Source: Felis catus (Eukaryota). Taken from it: DNA of 64,000 nt. The position numbers and the translations under genes are program-made. Below, one piece after another: positions 26,111 to 35,420 of the stretch. Location: contig NC_058368.1 of the NCBI RefSeq assembly GCF_018350175.1, positions 54,066,001 to 54,130,000 of the forward strand. Direction: 5' to 3'. The notes below the pieces were generated by a model. That model worked only from the letters and a program-made list of their open reading frames with translations, did no database searches and had not been told where the DNA came from. The number at the start of each line of letters is the position of its first letter. The first letter of the stretch is position 1.

Positions 26111-27480
26111 TTGCATGCTGAAGAAAAAATGACTCAATTTCTATTCCAAATAAATCCTATCAGCGCGTATGGCAGTTTTTGATGAGTAAAGCTAATTAGT
26201 CAAAGTTTTTGTGCTTTACAAATCCTGAAAACCATACAATGAACAAGAAACTCTGCCCAACTTTCAACGTTGTAATTTCTCTTAGACTATCAGGATTAAA
26301 TCTAAGAGTATTAGAATTGCAACACTCAGAATCCCAAAGTTGAAGTTTAGAGTAAACCATTTCTAAATTAATTTAACCTAGTGTTTTCTGGAGAAAGTTC
26401 ATAGGACTATGAAGGTCCTTACAGCAAGGTCTTGGTTTAGAAGGCTGCATATTTCCTTGAAAGCAGATTTTAAAAAACAAAACAAGACAGCCTGTACTAT
26501 GATAAGACCTAAAGAGGAGCCTCAGAAACAGGACCCAAGATTAAACAGTGACAGGTAAATCATTTTCTAGACTTCCGGTGATTCTTGGCAGCAAGAGGTT
26601 TGCTTTGGAAGAAACAAAAAAAATCCTCATCCACAAAGTGACTAATTAATGAAGTGACAAAATTATTGCCAAGTAAGAAAACCTAGTATTTCTTGAGATG
26701 GGCTATAGCAGCCTGCAATGTATTTGCTACCAAAAGACAAATGCAAACATGGGGACTTCTTGCCGGGTTGCATCTTTTTCCCAAAGTACAATTTAACCAA
26801 TTCTCTGGATAATTTGATTAAGTAAGACAGGGCCTCTCAACTGGCTTCCTTGGACTTGAATTATGAGGCCTAGATTGGATGAAATTTCATGATATCCAAC
26901 ACCTGAATCAAAACAAGTTATGATTTCTGTGTCTCTCCTAACATAAGAAAGTTGTGGTATCATGGTGATAAACTTGAGTCTGAAACCAAGACGAAAAAAT
27001 ACAGCCATAATTGGCTAAGTGAAAAAAACATTTTTGCCTCAATTACAAGCATTGATCTGTGTATGCTGCATGCCTGACACAGAGGACATTCAATAAATGT
27101 TGAACTAAACTTGTTTTTCTGGTCTTGAATTAGCCTCATGGCTATTCTTAATACTTAATTCTGTATATAAAGAAAAAAATCTAATTGTTAATCTTTTAGG
27201 GAAGTCTCCTGAATGAGTTTAAGATTTAAAAGAAAAAGAAAACAAGGAAAACAAAGGGAAGCCAACAAATCTGTAAAAGGCAAGAACAGTAACAACGATA
27301 TGGCCAAAACAAGCACTCATGATTAATACAGGTGAGTCAAATGCTCGGTTATTTCCCTCCTGATTGCTAGAATTATCTCTGAAAAAAAAATCACTGAATC
27401 TCCTCTTTGAAGAGTTTATAGATAAGTGAAACTATTTCATGGAAATGCTAACCTTAACATAAAATGTGGTCTCTTTCACT

Positions 27481-27566
27481 TCAAAAAACAAAAACAAAGC
27501 AAAGGTAAAATAAGACAAAACAGCTCAGTTTAATTTCAAACGTTAATATATTTTCTATTTTATATT
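27481..27566 (-). terminator. SPRY2 polyadenylation region (variant PAS + downstream U/GU-rich element)
   Basis: Minus strand has AATATA/TATAAA (27559-27566) and ATTAAA (27529-27534), followed by tgttttgtcttattttacctttgctttgtttttgtttttt. Confidence 0.6.
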
Positions 27567-27846
27567 GAACATATGCATCTGTAACCCCTCATTTGCAGCA
27601 ACTATCACATCCTCATAAAAGGGGCAAAATTTGTAAGATGCCTCTTAAAATAAATATTCTTTTTTATAAAATAATAAAACTTCAAATAAATATTCTTTAC
27701 ACTAAACAATATGTTGAAAAAATTAGAAAATAAAGGTTGAATTTTACTGTAACTGTACAATATACATGAAGTCCAAAGGGAAATCAGAGTCTTACAATAA
27801 AGGCTTTTCTGTAAGGCAAAATACAATCTAAAAACATACTGATTGA

Positions 27847-27854
27847 TTCACATT
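27847..27854 (-). promoter_or_regulatory. miR-23-3p 8mer target site in SPRY2 3'UTR
   Basis: mRNA-sense AAUGUGAA is the complement of seed UCACAUU plus A1. SPRY2 is an established miR-23/27 cluster target. Confidence 0.7.
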
Positions 27855-27922
27855 CTTCCGAATGTACAACATATTAGTATAATATTTTGTGACTGTGCCA
27901 TATAGCATGACACAACGTGTTT

Positions 27923-27930
27923 TTCACAGT
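27923..27930 (-). promoter_or_regulatory. miR-27-3p 8mer target site in SPRY2 3'UTR
   Basis: mRNA-sense ACUGUGAA is the complement of seed UCACAGU plus A1. Confidence 0.7.
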
Positions 27931-28324
27931 TGCAAATATTATTGTATATACAAAAATATAGCACATTATCTCTGGAGAAAACAATGGGGAAAAAAAAGTC
28001 ATCTGCTAATTTACAAATTTTGCAAGTACTATTCACAAACAAAAACTTTGCCTGGGAGTGTCTGTTGTTTTAGCTGATGCAACACGTGGGTCCCCAAGTT
28101 CTGTATCCCATACCTTGAGCTCCATTAGCTGAGTTCTAACAAGCGTATCAGTTAAAACGGCACATGGACAAAAAGCATTTCACTGCAAACAGCGAAGGCT
28201 ATCCCAACCCTCTATTAACAGTGCCAAGATTCTAACTGTTTAGTTGGTTGCATATGCGTTAAAAAAAAAAACAAACAACAAAAGAAGACAATCCTTATTA
28301 CTGTCATATTCCTGATTAATGGTG

Positions 28325-29272
28325 CTATGTTGGTTTTTCAAAGTTCCTGGGTGGGACAGTGGGAACTTTGCAGCAAACCGTGTTGGAGTTTTTACAGCGG
28401 CATCCAGGCCGGTTAACCCGGTCATAACACCCCTGGCACAATTTAAGGCAACCCTTGGCTGGAAGGTAACACCATAAACAAGGCAAAAAGAGGGACATGA
28501 CGCCCATGGCAGACCAGCGTGTACAACAGTGAGACTGGCTGCAAGAACACGGGTTGTCCGCACAGTTATCCTCGTCATCATTAGAACAGTGATAGAAGAG
28601 ACCTTTCACACAGCACACGCAAGTCCCATAGTCAATCACGTTTTGGGCTGAGCAAAGGCACTGCTTGTCGCAGATCCAGTCTGATGGCAGAGGCCTAGGA
28701 TAGGTGCACTCCTTACACTTGCACTTGCCACAGTCCTCACACCTGTAGGCGTGCAGGCCCAAATCTTCCTTGCTCAGTGGCTTAAGCTCACCTGGCTTGA
28801 GCTCCGATTTGGGCTGCACGCGGATTATCCCATCAGCGACGGGTCCCGAGGAGAAAGATGGTCCCAACAGTCTCTGTTCAGAGGAACTGCTGCTGGTACT
28901 TGTCCTCGTACTGCTCCGAGACCCCGAACTGACTGTGCTGATGGATCTGGACAAAGAGGCTCGTGCAGAAGAATGGACCTGTGGGTGCTGGAGCCTGGGG
29001 GGCTGGCGGTGCTCGGGCAGACCATGGAGCCTCTCGTGTTTGTGCTGAGTGGAGGGGCGAGGAGCAGGCTTGAGCCCAGGTCTCGGGACCACAGTAGGCC
29101 CCTCTGTGTACTCATTGGTGTTTCGGATGGCTCTGATCTGATCCAGAGACAACACGTGTACCTGCTGGGTGAGGGCATCTCTGGGGTCGGGCTCCCCGCG
29201 CTGCCTGCCACCGTCACGGGGTGTCTGCAGCAAGGACTGCGACCCGCTGCCACTCTGAGCTCTGGCCTCCAT
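28325..29272 (-). CDS. SPRY2: Protein sprouty homolog 2, complete single-exon CDS, 315 aa
   Basis: The ORF runs MEARAQSG...NFEKPT. It has the N-terminal NTNEY55TEGP c-Cbl TKB-binding motif, the Ser-rich region (S112/S121), the Cys-rich Sprouty domain ([10 protein letters not shown]...CCKVP) and the SPRY2-specific C-terminal PTVPPR Grb2-SH3 motif. An in-frame TGA lies 7 codons upstream of the ATG. Confidence 0.99.
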   Translation of the reverse strand: MEARAQSGSGSQSLLQTPRDGGRQRGEPDPRDALTQQVHVLSLDQIRAIRNTNEYTEGPTVVPRPGLKPAPRPSTQHKHERLHGLPEHRQPPRLQHPQVHSSARASLSRSISTVSSGSRSSTRTSTSSSSSEQRLLGPSFSSGPVADGIIRVQPKSELKPGELKPLSKEDLGLHAYRCEDCGKCKCKECTYPRPLPSDWICDKQCLCSAQNVIDYGTCVCCVKGLFYHCSNDDEDNCADNPCSCSQSHCCTRWSAMGVMSLFLPCLWCYLPAKGCLKLCQGCYDRVNRPGCRCKNSNTVCCKVPTVPPRNFEKPT

Positions 29273-29323
29273 CAGGTCTTGGAAGTGTGGTCACTCCAGC
29301 GGGCTTAGAACACATCTGAATTC

Positions 29324-32167
29324 CTGCGGAAACCAAGAGGAAAGAGCTGGTTTACACTCCAGGATACTTCCCACTCTCCGCCTACCTGGATTAACTCTTG
29401 GCTTTCCACTCCCTAGAGAAACAGGATTTGAAATGGAGTGGCTATGGAGGCTACCAGACTAGCCATATGACCAATACCATATCAAAACGTGCAGGTTATG
29501 GAAGGATTAGACAATTCTCTAATCCTGTGTTGTGTAGTTACACAAAGCTGATCTTTGTTTCAATTGCACAGGTAACGATTCCTTATTCAAATGAACATAA
29601 AATTGCAAGGTTCAGGCTCAAAGTAAAGATTGCAAGAAACTAACATTAGACCATAACATTGCCGCCGACATACATGAAAGTTGAATACTTTTTCAAAATT
29701 GGAAATAGGTTTTTAAGTTTGTTGTGGTCATTTTTGCCTTAAACATCAATAAATGCAGCCTAGAAATTCTTTCTTGGTTCTTATTTTGTCTGTTTTTACA
29801 TCAGATACCTTTAACTATGACTTATCCAGTATTCAGGAACTTTTTAGAATACCGTAGAATGAATGTGACTTGCAAAAAAGAAAATAGTCACCCCCCCCCA
29901 AGGAAGTTACAAATTTTACAACAGTCATGCATTATTAAGTATACAGTAGCAAAAGTTATAAATTAAAAACAAATCCATTCAAATCCTATTAAGCGCCAGC
30001 AACACAAGAAAGCAAACTTACACAATCATCAACCAGCAGCCGAATTTATTTTCAACTTCTCAACAACTTGAGGATCAAATATTTTACAGCCTGATAGCCT
30101 AGGAGAACATCTTAAATTCTGTAGCATACAGATTGTTCTGTTTTAGAAATAAATTATGTCAAAAATCTTAATGGCTTTGCCCGTTTCCAAAACTTTAATA
30201 GTTCAGGACATAAACCGACTAGTGATAACAGGAAGTGTTTCAAAAATTGGTGTCACGTCTCAAATCTATCATTCTGACAAGTAATTGCAATCCCTCTGTA
30301 TATTTCAAAACTATCATCCCCTCTGGCAAGTCTACAATGAACAAAAACGGGCAAAAGGGGACCTTCATCCACTCTCCGATTTTTATAAGAGAGAGACGCA
30401 GGCAGGTGACACACGCCTCCCAACTCGGAACAAGGCAGAGCTGGAAACCGGATCTCACTTCCAACAGAAAGGCAGACAAGACAACGTTGATCTTTGCTTT
30501 CACTCCGTTTTATCGGCTCTATCGGCGTCCCAACACCGTCCCCAGCAGGTGGGACTCAGTCGGAGCCCCGGGGGACTTTTCTCCGGGGAGACTAACGCAG
30601 CCCAGGGGCTAAACTGCCCTCCCCCTGCACACAATCCGAAGACTGCCAAGCAGGAGGGGGCGGGGGGGGGGGGTGCCGGCGCCTCCCTAGGGGACGTGCC
30701 TGAAACGCTGGAGCACACTTCCCCCTCCCGACCTACGGGCTAAAATATACCCCACCCCAGAGCACTGGAGGGAGCCACTCCGCCCCCAGGCAGGGGTCAC
30801 GCAGCCCACCGCAGGGCGTTCTGGCTAAGGCCCTTGAGTGTCGGGCACAGGTTTCGAGCCCTGCCGCCGAAAGCCCTGACTTACCCGCTGCCCGGACAGG
30901 TCTAACCCACGTACACTGGGCAACTCCACCACGCACTGACCGAAGGGGCATTGCCTGCGATCCGCACACCCATCTCCTTTTGGGTGGAGAGAAAAAGTGA
31001 AAGGAAAATTGCTTTATAAAAGAAGGGCAAGTCCCAGGGCCTCACTGAACAAACCGGGTCTGCAGGACGCAGATCCCTGGTCTGGAAACTTTCGCGCAGA
31101 TTTGCTTGCAGTTTTAGCATCTTTGATAGGGGGGTTGGGAGGGATTTTTTTTTTTTTTTTTTTTTTAACAAAAATGACTGCTGCCCATTTCTGGCCTCCT
31201 TCGCAGCGCACGCCACCCACCCCCCACTCCGAAAGTGCTTAGAAACCCCCTTGAAGAACTGTGTGTGATCAGACTAAGGATTAAGGGGAAAGGACTTCAG
31301 CACAAGGGTGGGGCAAGCACAGAAATGGCTTTGTAAAAACGCACAAGATCCCGAATTCAAAGCAGCAGCAGCGACTAAAAAGTAAATCAGCCCTTCAAAG
31401 GAAATAAAACTATCCTCTTTTGGTACCTATTTTCAGGTAATGGAAAACGATCGCGACCGCTTGATGACTTTCTTCCTGTGCTAGGTCAGCCCAATCTTCC
31501 AAAAATAAAAAAAGCGTGACCCAGGCCGACCACAGAGAACGGAAAAAAGAAAGAGCTGCCACTTCCGAAGCGTAGCCCCGGCGTCCGGCAGGGCGACGTT
31601 CCCACCCGCACCCGGCTAGCCTCGGTGCCGGGCACCCTGCCCAGTTTTCACTCGCGGGGTCTCGCTGCCCCCGTGAGGCGAGCGACCCGACCCGCGAGTC
31701 CCCGGTCCCGCTGGCGCCCCTGCCTCGGGACAGCCTCACCCAGGACCTGCCTTCCCCGGAGCGGAACAGGTTAGAAATGCGGGCGCCTACAACGGGGACC
31801 TGGAAAACACAAAGTGTTCCTCCTCCCTCTCCCGCTCTCAGCGCCGAATTCGCGGTCAATGTAGGGCCAGCAGCCGACTCGCGACGAGCGGTCCGCCACC
31901 CCAACCCCCCAGAGCGCGGGCGCGTGGGGTCCTGGGGCTGGGGACACCGTACCCGGCGCGCACTGCTGCCCCCGCCAAGGCAGGCCGAGCCTGGGGCGAG
32001 GCAGTTCCACAGGCAGCTCCCTGGATCCCCCCTGGGAACCTGCGGGGTTAGAGAAAGGGAGGCCTGAGGAAAGACAGACCCCACTCCCGGTCCGACTGCA
32101 TCTACTCCATGTTGCCCACAACGCGCCGGCCACGGCGCCAGGAGGGTAAGAGCCAAACGTGCCTCAC
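29324..32167 (-). other. SPRY2: SPRY2 5'UTR intron (GT-AG, 2844 bp)
   Basis: Starts GTGAGG at 32167 and ends CCGCAG at 29324 on the minus strand. Confidence 0.8.
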
Positions 32168-32870
32168 CGTGATCGCGGCTTTGCACCAACCCCTCTCCGT
32201 TGGATTCTCTTCTTCCAAGCGATGTGCAAATAAAATCCAGCCCCGATGCAAACTTTTCCCCCTTCTTCCTAACTCTGCTTCAGTCCAAGTTCCGAGCGAT
32301 CGGCGGGAGGAAAAAAGGCGAGGAAAATCCCGAGCCAAGTCCCCAGCCGATGAACACTCCGGGGTTCGGGGCTGGGGGCGACCCCCCTTCTAGAAACGCA
32401 CGCGGAGTATTTCCTTTTTCTCAATGAACTGGAGGCCGAAGCGCCAACGGCGAGTCTCCTTTCCTGGCAGATGAGCGAAGGAGAAAAAGAAAACGGCCTT
32501 ACACAGAATCTAAGGCCAGATGGCCAAGTCGTGCGGCCGCGGCCGCGTCGGAGCGGAGGTGGCGCGGGGGCGCGGGCCGGGCCGGGCGGGCGCGGGGGCC
32601 TGGGCGCTGCGCGCTCCGCCGGCCCCTCTCCTCCGCTCGCGCTGCGCCGCGCGGCTCTCGGCGGTGCAGACTGGGCGTTGTGGAGGCGCGGCGGAGAGGC
32701 CGAGGCGGGGGCGGTGGGTGCGGAGGAGGAGGTGAAGGAGGAGGAGGAGGGTCTGGGGCCCGGCCGGGGGGGCTCGCCGTTGGCCTGCGCCCTCGCCTTT
32801 CCGGAGGAGGCAGGGAGCTCTGCGGCGGCCGCGGCAGCAGTAAATGGCGTCATGTGGATCCGAGGCGGAA
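32168..32870 (-). other. SPRY2: SPRY2 non-coding first exon (donor firm, TSS approximate)
   Basis: Minus-strand donor gccgcgatcacg|gtgagg at 32168/32167. The joined sequence matches my recollection of the human SPRY2 mRNA junction. The 5' end is guessed from CCAAT/TATA-like elements and could lie further 3' (~32.5 kb). Confidence 0.65.
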
Positions 32871-32922
32871 CAGAGCAGTTGTTGTCCCAGAGGATATATC
32901 GCATCCGGTCCCAGCTCATTGG
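32841..32922 (-). promoter_or_regulatory. SPRY2 core promoter motifs: CCAAT box, TATA-like element, CRE-like/YY1-like motif
   Basis: On the minus strand, in order: agCCAATgag (32918-32922), GATATATC (32893-32900), then TGACGCCATTT (32842-32852). Confidence 0.55.
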
Positions 32923-33939
32923 CTCCGCGGGGCTACATTCACTCACACTTCAGCGCCCGCCAGCGCTCCGAGCCGCAGGAGGCATTCAAAAGGGCAACCG
33001 CGCCGCCCCGCGCGTCCCCGGGCCGGTCCTGCAGCCCGGGCGCCGTCACGCGGGACGCCCGCGGGGCCGGGCTGGGCACGGCGGGGTCAGTTTATCTAGT
33101 TTCAAGGAAACACTGACCTTAAGGTTTCCCAGAGGCCATGAGGACGAGGTTTAGGCTCGGACTGACTTATGGAACTTTCTTCTTGCCATTAGGAAGAAAG
33201 GGAATGAACATTTAAAACTAATCCGGGCCACGCAGTGTTAGCATTAAAACAAGTTGCAGGTTTTAAGAGTTTATTCGGAATCCATTTCAAGCCCACCTCT
33301 CCCCTTTTCTGTTCCCCCTCGAGGGGGCGACGGGGAGAGGAGAGGGGGGAGGGGAAGGGGAGCGGGAAGTGAGGTGGGAGGGCTATTGGTTTATTCTTTG
33401 TCTTCTGGATTAACCCGATTATACACCAGGCACCAGCACAAACCGCCTCCCCCACCTCACAGCCCTGTAGGAGAGGAACGGAATGCAGATTCGGGTTTCA
33501 AGTACTTTATGCTCTGGCCGAGATTTGCTTTTAATTGTGTCGCTCTGTAGTTTTTGTTTTAATATTAGATTTTTTTTTCAAGAATTAGCTATAGATGGAG
33601 GCTTTTTGAAGATCTTTCTGTTTTGTTTGACGCAGTAGGTGAAGGAAATTCTACAGTCTATGCCTTTTAAAAATTATTTAATTCAACAACACATACAGGA
33701 TAACTCAAGGTCGACATGACGGGCTTCTGAAACGGGAGGGGGCTCCCTGTTCCACTGCAGATTTCCTTCACTCAACCAGAAGTCATCATTTCCGACTCCT
33801 CTTTGTCACCTAGAACGTATCCCAAAAAGATCCTATTGTACATTTTGAAGGTGGTCTGTATTTTCCCACTTAAAAAAGTAGAAACATAAAGATAGAAAAC
33901 GCGTAGATAAGCATTGCTCTAACTGCCGTTCATTTACTA

Positions 33940-34620
33940 AGAAACGTGCTTGCACGTGGGAGCACCGGTGGGAAATTACCGCCCCCCCCCCCAGACACTC
34001 CTGTTACTGGATTCTAATAATTTACAGAATGTTTTTACTTTACAGGGAAGTACGGGTTAAATCTCCCGAATAGCACCTGCCCCCGTGAGGGGTTAGAGTT
34101 CTTGAAATAATGCTAGGAAAACGTGGTGCTTGATTCCCCGGGTCCCGCTCCAGCTCACATCCATTCGTAGCTACCCTGGCACTCGCTGCCTTCTCCCGAG
34201 CTCTAGCTCTAGAATGTCCTGGGCGCGCTCCCCACTGCGCTGCGCTCTCGCCCTCATTCTCCATGTTTCTCTAGGGCTCTCCCCACTCGTCCCGGGTTTG
34301 GAACAAGAGATGGCAGGGGAAGTGGCATACATTATTTCCGGGTGCTGGCCTACGTTACCCCCACCCCAGCCCTCGGTGAGGGTGGACAAGGTTAGGTCGG
34401 CCCGCTCCGCTGTGTCCCTGAGGCTAAGGGCAGGAGAGAGTCGGGTCTTCCCAGCCCTGGCTCTTCGTCCAACGCCCAAGTCCTTTGAGCCTCCGGGTGA
34501 ACTTAGGCGCCGCTGCGTTTACAGCCTATCCAGCCACCAGGGGGCGCCCAACCGGCGCAGGGTTGGGGCTATATTCTTCCCCGGCACTGGACTAGGGCAG
34601 GAGAGGGAAATTGCCGTCCA
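33940..34620. promoter_or_regulatory. Second, smaller CpG-rich upstream element
   Basis: Local CpG/GC enrichment separated from the main island by an AT-rich spacer; contains a CTCF consensus and an E-box. Confidence 0.6.
34533..34549 (+). promoter_or_regulatory. CTCF binding motif (forward)
   Basis: GCCACCAGGGGGCGCCC matches the CTCF core CCASYAGRKGGCRS exactly. Confidence 0.75.
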
Positions 34621-35324
34621 AAATGTATATCCTGTAGTCTGGTTCAAAGTGAATAAAATTCAGATAGCCTTCTCTACCATCTCCTCGGACACATTCCGTT
34701 TGGAATACGAGATGAGGTACCAAGGTTCTGAAGAGCTCCAGCTTTTATCAATGAGAAGAAGGAATTGGGGCCAAAGGCAAGTTGTGCAAGGCTAGTGGGG
34801 TACTCGTTCCCGTGTGAGGGCAGCAAGTCTCTGGCAGAACAGGTGGAAGATACACCTTCTCTTAGTCTTCTCAAATCCCTGCACCCAATGACTGCTCTTT
34901 AGGAGACACTTGTGCCCGTGTTATTCTCCCAGCACTACAGGAACTTTTTGAAGACACACTGTTCTGGATCAAAGCATAAAATGGAATTTAAATTAGGAGC
35001 TTCCAGCTGGTCAGAGTACCTTATATTTTTATTGAGTCAATAGAGAAGAATCTAGGAATTTATATTTCTCTTTCGTGAGCTATAAAGAATCCCATGTTAT
35101 CTAGCTCTCCCATCCTTCCCCCACAGCATTTAACTGGGAAAACATTTAACCTATAACTTAAGCACAGAGCAAAAACAAGAACCTGGTGGATTCTTTCTAA
35201 TTTACTCTTTATTATTTTATTTAGTGAAATTATTATTCTTTTTAGATGTAATGTATAGAACAATATATTGTGCCCCCAAAATTTGCTTGGTGAATTATAA
35301 CCCCAGAGAGGAATTATGTTTATG

Positions 35325-35332
35325 TGTATGCA

Positions 35333-35370
<38 letters not shown>

Positions 35371-35420
35371 TATATATATGTGTGTGTATATATATATACA
35401 CACACACACACACACATACA
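35325..35420. repeat. Compound (TG)/(TA)/(CA) microsatellite
   Basis: Directly visible alternating purine-pyrimidine tract. Confidence 0.95.

Larger units (their letters stand above)
27645..27952 (-). promoter_or_regulatory. AU-rich elements and Pumilio element in SPRY2 3'UTR
   Basis: Two UAUUUAUU motifs (~27649-27656, ~27685-27692), a UGUAUAUA Pumilio element (27945-27952) and a miR-124 7mer-A1 UGCCUUA (27812-27818). Confidence 0.5.
27530..29323 (-). other. SPRY2: SPRY2 terminal exon (51 nt 5'UTR + CDS + ~0.8 kb 3'UTR)
   Basis: Minus-strand acceptor ctctttcctcttggtttccgcag|gaattcagatgtg, with the AG at 29325-29324. The 3' end is approximate, inferred from PAS-like hexamers and a downstream U/GU-rich tract. 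Confidence 0.85.
30480..33160. promoter_or_regulatory. CpG island covering SPRY2 promoter, exon 1 and 5' part of intron
   Basis: Very GC-rich with dense CpG (e.g. 32520-33080), in contrast to the AT-rich CpG-depleted flanks. Confidence 0.92.

Noticed and set aside
28751..29308. 185-aa antisense ORF and 142-aa alternative-frame ORF (28825-29253) over SPRY2
   Set aside because: Both start at GTG, have no recognisable domain, and are expected shadows of a GC-rich CDS.
32139..32152. Plus-strand donor-like GAGG|GTAAGA suggesting an antisense lncRNA
   Set aside because: An isolated motif with no matching exon structure I can support from sequence alone.
31410..33154. Long ORFs (259, 225, 227, 139 aa) in the CpG island
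   Set aside because: Low-complexity Ala/Gly/Pro/Arg translations; stop codons are rare in GC-rich DNA and there is no family similarity. The ATG at 32853(-) would matter only if the TSS lies upstream of it, which I cannot establish.
34130..34795. 221-aa plus-strand ORF upstream of the promoter
   Set aside because: TTG start, no homology recognised, GC-rich regulatory region.
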